Shown here piece by piece: positions 23,758 to 36,918 of a stretch of 64,000 nucleotides of DNA. Within the stretch, counting starts at the first letter, position 1. The number at the start of each line of letters is the position of its first letter. The notes under the pieces were generated by a model that saw only the letters and a program-made list of their open reading frames with translations, made no database searches and was not told the DNA's origin. The stretch is from Neocallimastix sp. 'constans'. Taxonomy: Eukaryota. The DNA lies in NCBI GenBank assembly GCA_050613775.1, contig JBODTK010000135.1:372001-436000 (forward strand). The letters run 5' to 3'. The position numbers and the translations under genes are program-made.

Positions 23758-24817
23758 TACTTTTTAATAAATTTATCAGAAATTCTAAATTTGTTATTTT
23801 TAAAATTTCTACTTAACCCTTTTTTTCAATTTTATTTAAACTATAAAAATATTAATACAGAATTAATTATAAAACTTTTTTTTTTTTTTTTTAAATTTAA
23901 TATGAACTAATAATGATAAAAAACAATTATAAGAATTATAATTGGTTTCTTTTTTTTTATGATAAAATTTGTATTAATAAAAATTTATAATTAATTTTTT
24001 TTATTATTATTTTAAATATTATAATATATATAGTTATTTAGTTTATGCATAAATTAATTTTTTTTTTTTTTTTTTTAAATTGTCATATACTATTTATAAA
24101 TATTTTTACTATCATTTTTACTAAAACAATAAAATAAAATAGTTTTAACTTTTTCTCAATTTATAAAATTAAAAAAAGAAAAAGAAAAAAAAATAACAAT
24201 AATAATAATAATAAAGATAATTATAATAATAATAATTATAAGCTTTTCTAAATTTATAAAATTAAAAAAATTAAAAACAAAAATTTATGAATTCATGGAG
24301 TGGATCATTGTAATTGTAAAGTAATTAATTTACTTATTAATATATATAGTACTATATTATAATATATTATGTTTATATATTAAAATATACTTTAAATAAA
24401 AATTAATTTTATACCAATGATTATTTCTTAATTTATATAATTTGGAATATAGGTATTGAATATGAAGATAAAATAATAATAAATATTACTAATTCATATT
24501 TTCTTATATTTATTTAAACTAAAACTAACAATAGAAATATTTATTTTTATAGTAAATAATGAGTTATATCTAATTTTAATAGAAATATTTAGTTTATCAT
24601 ATTAGTACAGATATTATTATAATTTAATTAATATAAAAAAATTTTTTAAAAATATTCTATTTTTTATGTTTATATATCATGAAGAAAAACGCTTCCCCAA
24701 ATAATTAATATCGTATTATAAATATAATATAGATTATCTATAAATGATTATATATATTTACTATTAATTGAAATTTCATTATCAGTCATTATACATTTCA
24801 ATAGATACGTATTGAGT

Positions 24818-24850
<33 letters not shown>

Positions 24851-25474
24851 CTTTGATATGTCTGATAAAAAAAATTAATAGTTTTTCATAAAATATTTTT
24901 CATTATTTTTAAAATTTGGTAGTATTAACATATATTTTTTTTCTATATATCATTGAATTTAAAAGTCAGAAATTGACTTTAAATTCTTTATAATAATAAT
25001 TTTATCTAATTAGCTCAAGTTATTTTTTTTATTTATTTTAAAATTTTTTATATTATTATAGTTTTCTATTATAAGGATTTTGGTATAATGTTTATAACGT
25101 ATATTGCATTATTTAGTTTTATTTTTATTTTAAAAGTATTTTTTTTTTTTTTTTAATTTTAATTATATTAAATAATTTTTTTTTTATGTTGTTTATTTTC
25201 TTTTTATAAAATAAAGTTTAATTATTATTATTTTTTTTTTAATCTATTAAATTCATTATTAAATTCATACATTTAAAAATTTTAATTTATTCTTAACATG
25301 AAATAAAGTTTTTTTCTTGTACGATCTTTAAAATTCAAAAATAAACTAAAAAATAATATATTAAAAATATACTTTATTATATATTAACTATATATTAAAA
25401 TTAATAAATTAATTATAAAATTATATATCTAAATATAATGGTATATACTAATTATTTAAATTTAGATACTACAT

Positions 25475-25510
<36 letters not shown>

Positions 25511-26081
25511 ATTATATTTAATTTTATTCAAAATAATTTTTAAAATATTTAATGAAAAAAAAAAAAAATTATAATAGTAAAAAAAGAAATAAAAAAAACT
25601 ATTTTAATACTTTAATAATGTAATTCAAAATCTAATTAAAATGACTAATTATTTAAATATTAAAATATTATAAAATAATTTTTACATATAATTTTTTTTT
25701 TTTTTACTATATTAACAATTTTAAATTATAATTATTATTATTCAAATCGAAATCACTATTTAACTCTGTTTTTATGAGATTTTAAATCCATTTTTTTTTA
25801 AAGTTTTTTATGCAATTATTCTTTATTATAATTTTTATTTTAAATAAAAATATAATGTCATCATTTGTTCTTTAAATAATTTTTTTAATTACTATTTTAT
25901 TTATAGAATATTTATTTATATATTTAAAGTAAAAAATATGAAATCTATTTTTTTTTTTTTTTTTAAAAAAAAAAAATAAACAAAGTAATTTAGTTTTTTA
26001 GTTGTTACCATCATTTGTATCATTTTTTAATATTTTTTCATTATTTACTTAACTTAAAATTTATAAAAAAAAAAAGAATGA

Positions 26082-26400
26082 TTTTTTATTTAGACTGGGA
26101 TTAATGAGAGAAGAGGAAAATAGGGTCTTCAGTCTCTTAGCCTTTCATTGGATTCTTTACCATACCGTTTTGACGTCTACGTGAAAGGCTAATATGAAAA
26201 ACATCCTCTATACGCCACTTTGTAATACGGGTGATCTTTTGAACCATCATTGAGGGTAAAAACTACACTAATCCTATCACAGATTAAGTAATATTCACTT
26301 ATCGTGGCAAGTGAATACAAACTTTATTTTTAGGGAAAAAACACCTTGGGAGGATGAAAATTGCTCCCATATAAATTCAAGCGGTAGTTGCAGGGTCAAT
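26082..26400 (-). mobile_element. Short structured non-coding insertion (candidate SINE or 5'-truncated retrocopy)
   Basis: GC-rich island flanked by AGAATGA (26075-26081, 26401-26407); A-rich tail on the minus strand; several stems (TTAGCCTTTCA/TGAAAGGCTAA, TATTCACTT/AAGTGAATA, AGACTG/CAGTCT). Confidence 0.55.
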
Positions 26401-27083
26401 AGAATGAATAATAATTAAAAAAAAAATAAAATAAAAAATAAAATATAATAAAAAAAAAAAATTCACTAAAAAAATTTCCCCACCATGAATGAAAATATGT
26501 GAAATTAGAAATTTACTATAAACCTATGATATTATTTATTTATTATATACATTTTTCCTTTATTGGATTAAATTATTTTTATTTTTATCATGTGCTTTTT
26601 TATTCATTAAATAAAAATAATTATAAAAACTATTGATTAGACATCTTATTCTATTTATTTGTTTTTACTTTATCACTTCTTTTTTAATCATATTTAATGA
26701 AATAATAAAAAAAAATTTTTTTTTTTTTTAATTATTAGTCTTATACTTTATTTTATAATGAAAATAATTATGAATGATAATTTACTTCTTATAATATAAA
26801 TGTAAATAAAATGTAATATTTTACTTTTGTTAAGAGTAATTGAAACATCAATAATACAGAAAAAAAAATAAATACATAAAAAAAATATATATATTAAACC
26901 AATTAAAACATAGAAGAAAAAAAAAAAGTTTTAAATTTTATAATTTCTTTATTTTAATTATCAGAATGATGACCAATAAATTAACATAACATAATATTTA
27001 TTATAATATAAGAAACTTTAATTTTTTTTTAATTTTTACTATGTATATTTGTTTTAAAACTTTTATACTACTGTAAATTAAAA

Positions 27084-27497
27084 TTTTTTTTTTTTTTTTT
27101 TAATTTTTAAAATTTTGTATTTTTAATATAAATAATGCTTTAAATTAGAATTTAAAGAAAAACTTTATTTAATAATAAAAAATGTTAATAAACCAATATT
27201 AATTTAAAAGTCATACAAAATCAATAAATTTAATATATGAATAAAAATAAAAAAGAATTATAAAATTATATATATATGTTTATTTATTAAAAATAATTTT
27301 ATATAGATAATCGTGAGTAATAATTATTTTTTATTTTTATTCATATATTAAATTTATTGATTTTGTATGACTTTTAAATTAATATTGGTTTATTAACATT
27401 TTTTATTATTAAATAAAGTTTTTCTTTAAATTCTAATTTAAAGCATTATTTATATTAAAAATACAAAATTTTAAAAATTAAAAAAAAAAAAAAAAAA
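27084..27497. repeat. Long inverted repeat, ~171-bp arms with a 72-nt spacer
   Basis: 27084-27254 is the reverse complement of 27327-27497. Confidence 0.92.
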
Positions 27498-29240
27498 AAA
27501 CTTTTTTTTAATTATTAATATTATTATATTTATATCTATATTATAATATTAAAATTTATATCTTATTTTATTTATATATTTAATAATTATTTCCCTTTTT
27601 TATTATTCTGTATCATTTTTTTATTGGTGGAAATTTAAAAAACTTTATTATTATATTTACCAACGAATTAATATACTAATTTATTATTGGAGTTTATTTA
27701 ACTATTATCTTATATTATTATGGTTTATACGTTTGATAATTTTATATAATTAAAATTTAAATATATATATAAAAAAAAGTAAAAAAAAAAAATTTTTTAT
27801 TTTATCTTACATTTAATTTATTTATTAAATAAAAACCTTAATTATTAGTATTTTTTCAAAAAAAAAATAGGTTGATTTTCATTTTTAATTATTGTTATAA
27901 AGTGGACGTACCCTGTAGAGTAATTATGATTCTATATTTGTTAAAATCTTTTTTTTTTTTAATAATTAAATTTAATTAATTGAAAAAAAAAAATTGATAA
28001 ACAAATACTTTTTTTTTAATTTATTATTATAAATATATGATTATAGATATAATTTTTTTTATTTATGTATATTTCATATTTAGAATCAAAGTATCTTCTT
28101 TTTTTTTTTTGTTTATTCTAATTTATAACAATAGCTATGATTGGCAATACACTAATACCTAAAGTTAGGTAGTAAATTTTTTTATTTTATATTCTTCTAT
28201 AATTTGTAATAAAATGATAGCAATCATATATTTAAAGATTTTATAATATATATAGTTTTTTCTTAAATTTGAATTTATTAATTAAAATTTCAAAAACCTT
28301 TTCTTTTTTTTCTATCTTTTTTTTTTTAATAAAATTCTATCAATATTAATAAGTAAAAAATCAAATACAATAATAAATATAAATACATCGGAAATCAAAA
28401 GTTATTAAAGCATATATTATATTTTTTTTATCTAATTTTTTTTTTTTTATAACAGAAAATATTTCAGATTTTAAAAGAATTTTTTTTTTAAAAAAAAAAT
28501 TTTTTTTAATTAATGTTATTTGTAATACAATAATTAATTAAATGTACCAATTTCCAAGTATTAATAATGTTTATTATCACACCATAATCATAAATTATTA
28601 ACTTTATGATTTTAATACTGATATGAAATTTTTTTTAAATACATCAATTTTAATTTAATCTGATTCATTTTAATTTAATTTTAATAAATTTATAGATACA
28701 TATATAATATAAAATTTTTATTTTTTTTTATATTCTAATTTTTTATTATAAAATTACTATTTATAGTAAATTTTATAAACTTTAATTCTAATATTTAAAT
28801 AATGATTTGATTAATTATGTTAATAATAAACAAAATTATATTTTATAAGCTTTTTCGTTATAAAGTTTTTTTTTTTTTTTTTTTTTTTAAATGATTTTAA
28901 TTATTATTAAAATCATTTAAAAAAAAAAAAAAAATAGGTTGTTTTAAACTTTTAATAAATAAAAAATAAATAAATATATATATAGTATAAAATAATTTAT
29001 TATTAAAAGGAGATCAATGGTCATGCCATTTTTTTTAAATTAATTCAAATGACAAAGAATAATACTTTATAATCTTTGTTTATTACCTATCTTATAATTA
29101 ACCTTTTTTTTTGATTATAGATACTATATATAGCTTATTCACTTGTTAATTAAAAATATTGAGTCAATTAGTATTATTATAATAATATTAAATAATAAAA
29201 CTTTTTATAAGTGACTTGCTACATTATCATTATTAATTGC

Positions 29241-29400
<160 letters not shown>

Positions 29401-32400
29401 ATTAATTATTTTAAATTTATTTTTGTTTAGATAGTTATATTTTTTTTTCTCTTATAAAAAAATGTAAATTAAAATTAACCAACCATAAATGAACAACATA
29501 GAACGAAGGAATATAAAGATATCTATATTAATGATATAAATAATATAAAATGTAATATAATACACAATATATATATAAATATATTTCATTTTTATCCATT
29601 ATTATTACTATTATTTTTAATAAAAAATAGCATAAACATTTATATTATTCAAATTTTGTTACCATAAAAAATAATATATTCATAATATATTCATAGTATA
29701 TAAATCGTAATAAATTTAAATTAATTTTTATGGTAATTTTAATATATATATATAAATATTAATTTATACCATTAATATATTTAATAATACTTTAGAATTA
29801 ATATTATATAAAATTTATTTAATTTGATTAATTATTAAAAAGAATAATTAATAAAATGAATAATATAATACCAACCATAATGAAAATAATAAATATTTTT
29901 TGTGATTTAAATTATATTAACTTTTAAAATATAATAATTAAATTATGATATATCATAATATATTAATAAATATTGTTTTTACTATTTTATATCTTTTAAT
30001 ATTATTACTATTTTTATATAAAATATTAAAAATTACTGTTATTTCGTAATATTGTAATATTTATTATTAAAATAATATATAAAATTAATGATGATTAATA
30101 AAAAAAAAAAAAAAAAAAAAAGATATTATTTACTAAATTAAATTATTATAGAATTACTAATTCATAAATTGGTTATATTATTAAAATTATTAATTTTTAT
30201 ATTCAGTCCTCAGCTTTTAACACTATATTTAATTAATCCTATTTTTTAATTTGTAGTTATTGCTTATAAATAAAAAAAAACTATTTTTTAATTTGTAAAA
30301 TAATATTTAAAATATTTATAATTATAGCTTGTAAAAAAATAAGTTTTTTTTTTTTATTTTATTATAATTAATTATTAGATTAAAAAAAATTTATAAATTA
30401 ACATTATTGATTCTTTTATTATTATTTTGGCTATTTTTTTAATTTTTATTTTTTTTTTTAAAAAAATTAAAAATGAAATAATAAATTAATAAATATTAAA
30501 TAAATATTAATAATAATATTTAATTATTATAATAAAATAATATGAAATAAAATTATTGTAAAAATGTATTTATATATAAAAATAAGCAATTACTAATAAT
30601 TATACCAATAAGAGTAAAAAATTTTTTATTATAATGATAAAAAATAATGAATTTTTAAAAAAATTGTTAATATTAAATAAAATATTAATTTAAGAATATT
30701 AATTTAAAATAAAAAAAATTGTATAATTATCTTTTATTATTATTATTATTATAACATGAAATGTCTTTATTATAATAAAATAATACTATAAAATTAATTA
30801 ATAAATGAGTTATAATGTTTATTTATAAAAAAAAATTATATATATATAATTTAAATTATTATTTATAATATTAAAGACTAATTTAGTAAAAAAAAAAGTA
30901 GATATAATTATATATAGTTGTAATTATGTATTATATAATTAATACATAATAAATAAAAAGGAAAATTTTCCATGATTAATTACTTAAAAAAAAAAAAAAG
31001 GATTTTTAGTATAATATTAATTTAAAGTATAATTATTTTTAATATACGAAGCATTATAATAAGAATCAAAAGAGAAAAAAAAATATATATATATAAAAAA
31101 TATAAAATTTAAATAATATATATATTCATGAATTAATAGTAAAATAGCAAATCATTAACCGTTCATCAATGTTTACATAATACATTTTTAAACTTCAGGT
31201 AATACAAATTAATTTATGATATATTAAATGATCATGATATATTACATTATTTATATATTTATATAAAGAAGGAGCTAAAAAACAGAAATGATATACATTA
31301 AATTAAATTCTTTAAAATGGAGAATTAGAAAAATTTTTTTTCCTAATTAAATATTCCATAGTTGTAATATCATTAGCATTATTGTTTTAATAATAATAAT
31401 AACTACAATATAAAAAAAATTTTTTTTTTATTTTCGATTTACATTTTAATATAATTAAACGTATTATTATTATTATTTGAAGAATTGTTTATTAATTTAT
31501 TAGAGTATTATAAATTCTATTGAAGAAATGAAAATATTAAAATTAAAAATCCTCTTTTAAAAAAAAATTTTTTTCCCCATTTTAATAGAAAAGTTCACAT
31601 GAACTTTAATCCAAATGAATCTTCAAATACAAGGAAAATCAATGTACTTTGTACTAAATTTCTTTCTATTTAATACAACAATAATAAAAAAGTAATTAAA
31701 AGTAGTGATGACGGTTAAATTATTGAATTGAATTTAATAAATAAAACATTAAATAATATTAAAAATATAATTTTTATTAAATGAATTTTAATCCTTTATT
31801 CTTTTAAAGATGGTTCCATAATATATAAATTAATTATTTTTTTTTTTTTTAATTTTATATTGATCAAAATAATTTTTATATCTATAAAATATTAATAAAT
31901 AAACTTTTTTTATTATGATTAATATATTTATTTTATTTTCTAAATAAATTTAAATAAATTACTAAATAATTAGTAATTTTAATATAAAAAAATATATTTC
32001 TTTTAATTATAATATAAATAAATATTATTAACTAATAAGAAATATATTAAAAATTATATATATTTCCATTTTATTTTTAACTCATATAATTTTAATATAA
32101 CAAATAACTACTTTAAATAAAAAAAAAATAAAAATAAAAATAAAAATTTAACATAAAGAATATAAATAAGTACCATATAATATATATAATATGATACTAA
32201 ACATTTTTTTAAATATTACTCTAAAATTATTTAATTTTTATACTATAATTTAATGATTAATTATATTATTTAATTATATATATTTATATATTTATATTTT
32301 TTTTCTTTCATTAATTGCTTTAAATCCTTTCATTGAGAACTTCATAACAACAATTCTAATCAGTATATCATTTTTAATTTAATAACTTATTATTATCGTG

Positions 32401-34088
32401 GCGACGACGCATTTCACACAATGTAATAGAAGAAAAAAAGAATGAAATTTTAATTAAAAAATTTTTATATAATATATTATAGAAAGAAAATGTTAATTAA
32501 AATGTAAAAATTTTTAATAAAATACAATTTTATTTTTAATATTATAGAATGGAATGGTATACTAAATACATTACTATAAATATTAATAAAAAATTGTAAA
32601 AAAAAAAAAACAATAATACTAATATTAATATCATTAATTATTTTCTTTTCCTTAATTTTCATAAAGAAATGAAAATTACTATTAATATTTAATAATAAAG
32701 GGTATAAGGTAATATTAATAAAAGATATTTAATACTAATAAATAATAGTTAATAATATTAATATTAATAAAAGATATTTAATATTAATAAATAATAGTAA
32801 TAATACTAATATTATTAAAGAATATTTAATAATAATAGGTAATAATAATTATAATAATACTTTATGAAAATAATTATATAAAAATAATTATAATAATATT
32901 AATAAAAAGATTTATAATAATAATAAATAATAACTAATTAATAATATCAAATATTAAAACTTGATTCAAATATTAAACAATAATAAAATATATGAGATTA
33001 ACTTTGTTCTTTTTAATATATGAAAAAAAGAATAGAATCAAAAATGCAATATGGAAAATAGCCTAATCCTGTAAAAATAACTTATAAATAAATCATCTAA
33101 TACAATAAATCAAAAAAGAAAAAACTATTTTTATAAATTGGTTTTAATTTAAATAATTTAAATAAATAAAATAATATATTAATTCATATATTAAGAAATA
33201 TTTAATATAAATTATTTTTTTTTAAAATGGAAAATTAGCATATTTTTTTTCATTTTTTTTTTTTTAAATTTCTAATAATACACAATGATAAGAAATTCTA
33301 ATAAAAAAGTATTTTTCTATTCTAAACTTAATAATATAAAATATTTATAATATAAATATATATTTACCATTTAATGAATTCTTAATAAAATACATTGATA
33401 GAATATAATGAATATATGTTGTTCAATATATATTAATATATGCAAACTTAAATACAAAATTAAATATATTAACAAATAAGTTTAATTTATATTAAATTAA
33501 AAACCTCATTATTATTAATATTTAATTTTTTTTTTATCATGGCCCATAAATAGATTAAAAAAAAAGAATAAATAAAAGAGTAATCTTTTTTTATATTGGT
33601 TTTGATATAAAAAAAATTGTTAAAAAAAAATGTAAAAAAAAAAATTGTTAAAAAAAAAAAATAAATAGATAAATATATTAAAATCACACCTAAACATTTT
33701 TTTTTACACTACTTTAATTTATTCGATAATATATTATATAGGCATTCATAATATAATATATTAAACAATATATTTATAACAATACCTCTTCAATGTTTAT
33801 AATAATAGAATTTAAAGTTTAAACAAACTTTAATATCTTTTTTATTTTATTTTATTTTATTAAAATTAATAAATTAATCAATTATTTAAATTATCTATAA
33901 TTCATAATTTTATTATTTTTATTATTTCTTTTAATCTATTTTTTTTTTTAAAAAAAAAGGAAAAAAAGTTTATAAAAGGCTATTATTATAATTATTTTTT
34001 TATTTTTATTTTTATGGTTAAATTTTTAATTTCTTCATTGAATAAAACTGTTTTCTATTTTTATTATATATCCCCTTATTTTTCTTTT

Positions 34089-34122
<34 letters not shown>

Positions 34123-34723
34123 TTTAAATATTAATTCAGTATATTTTTTCTTATAGATAATGAAATCATAGAGTTATAGGATAAAAAATAAAAATAATTA
34201 CTTTGATGACATTTTAATTATTTTAATTTTTCTAATAAAAACCAAAAAAATAAGAAATAAAATAATATTTTTATACAGTATGAAAAGTGGTAGTTTTTTT
34301 TTTTTTCAATTTATTATTATTCTCTTTATTATACGTATATTCTATTTCATATTTTATTATTTTTTGTTCAATTTTTTTTTTTTTTTTTTTTTACTATTTT
34401 TTGATTTTAACAATTTTAGTGTTTTTATTTTTAATATAGTGTTTATGAATTGAATATATATAAATGAAAAGTTTAATTATTATTATTTTTAATATTTAAT
34501 TTAAAATTTATCATCTCTTATATTTACTTTTATTAAATGTTAAGATTTCATTTAAATTCTAATATTAAAAAAAAAGTTAAATTTATAGTATTATTGAAAT
34601 TTTAACATTTTCTAAATTTCTTAATTCAACGGATTTAAATTATGTTTTTATTATGTTTTACTTTTATTTACTATTTATTTGTTTAAATTAAATAATTATA
34701 AAGGAATTAATTTATATTATGTA

Positions 34724-34755
<32 letters not shown>

Positions 34756-36918
34756 TAAAGAGATAGATAAAAAAAAAGTTAATAATAATAGAATTTTAAC
34801 TCTATATCATAATGTAATAATTTTTATTCTATAATAGGTTCAATTTTTTTTTTTTTAAATTTTATAGGTAAATAGAGTTTCATTGTTAACCTTTTCTTCA
34901 ATTTTTTTAATAGCTAAAGTTTAATTTACATTTTTATATTATTTTTTGTAGTATATTTTTTAAACATTTTTTTTATTTATTTTTCCTTATAGAAATTCAT
35001 AATTAACATACATTAAATAATAATTATTTATTGTTTTATTTTAATATATATTTATTATATTGTTATTTAAAACTCTTTAGAGACTTTTTTTGTTATTTAT
35101 TATTTTGTACTATTTTATTCATTTTACAAGCTTATTTAGTTATATTAAAAATACATCTTATTCATTAAAAAATAAATGTTTAATAATATTTAGTAAAAAA
35201 ATTACTGTGATAATAAATTATTTAATATATTATATAATTCTAAAAAGATTTTTATTGATTCTATTAGATGACAAATTAAAAATATTTTAGACTTGTCAAA
35301 GTTTTTAATTTAAATAGAAAATTAATTTATTTATATTATAATTATATTTGATTATTATTTATTTTAATATATTATTGTATGAATCAATAAACTTTTTTAG
35401 TGTTAAAATTATATTAAGGTTATTTTTGAGTTTTGTATTTATATTTTTTTAAATTATAAATATAATTACTATATGGATTTATATTTACTTGTATATATAT
35501 TTATATATATTTTATTTTAATTTTATTTAATTTTTTTTTTTTTTTTTAAAAAAAAGTTTGTTATTATTTATTAAATTATATATTTTTAAATAATTACCAT
35601 TTAATTCTATTCAATTGATTTATATGTATAGGATATAATAATTTTATTAAACAAATATACTTTTCAATATAAAAATTAATTTAATTTAATATATATTAAG
35701 ATTTAAAATAAATAAAATAATAAAAAAAGTTTTTTTTTTAACAAGTTTAATTATTAGTATAAATAAATAATTTATTATATATATTTGAATTGAGTTGAAT
35801 TTATACTTTAAATATTTTTAATTTAATTATTTTTAATCATTATTATATTATATTATATTATGCTATTAAATTAATCCTTATTAAATATTAGTTTTATATT
35901 TATAATATTTATAGTTGTATTTATATTAATTATAATATTAATAAAAAATTAAAAAAAATTAAAATTTAATAAAACTATATAATAAAATAAATACAAAATA
36001 AATATAAAAAATAATTTTATTAAAATTTTTCTATATTATAATATATTGATAATATAAAAGAATATTATTAAAAAAATTTTTTTTAATTATATATAAAAAG
36101 AAAAAAGTTTTTTTTATTTTCTTTTTTAAAATTTAATTTTTTTTTTTAATTTTATTTATGATGAATGTGAAAATTGTTATTTTTTGAAGTGAAAATTTAA
36201 TATGTTATATTTTATAAAAAATATTCTTTCAATAATTTAAAACAAAAAACATTCATAATAAAAAAAAAAAAAAAAACGAATAAAATTTTATTTTTAAAAA
36301 TATAAAATATATAATATTTGAAAATTGTTTAAAATTTTTTAATTAAAATAAATAAACACCAAATATTTTTATTGTTCAAATTATTATAGTAATAAAATAA
36401 TTAATAATTATAAAAAGAAAACTATCGTTATTTTAGAAATACAAACAGAAGTGTTGAAAAATTAATAGCTTATAATTTAAAATTAATATCTAAAAAAATA
36501 AATATATATTAATAAATTTGAAAAGGTAAAATATTTTTTTTATAAGCTTTCACAAATACATTTAGGTCATTTATATATATATAAAAAGAAAGAAAAATAG
36601 GAAGGCATTTCATAACTTAAAAATTTGTAGAGTTCAATTAAACGATAAACAGGAAATTAAAAAAAAAAAACATATATTTTTATTGTAAATAAGACAAAGG
36701 AAAAAAAAAAAAAAGAAAAACGTATATCTTAAGAAATATTATCAATATATATATAATCATTTGTTAAAACTTTTTTTTTTTTTCATATATAGACAAAAAA
36801 AAAAAAAAAAATTGCAATTAATATATAGAATGTGAATGGAAATGGACTTGTTATTTTTTTTAAGATAATTTGTTCTGTTTAAAAAATAGTTAATAATACA
36901 ATATATGTTATAATAAAA

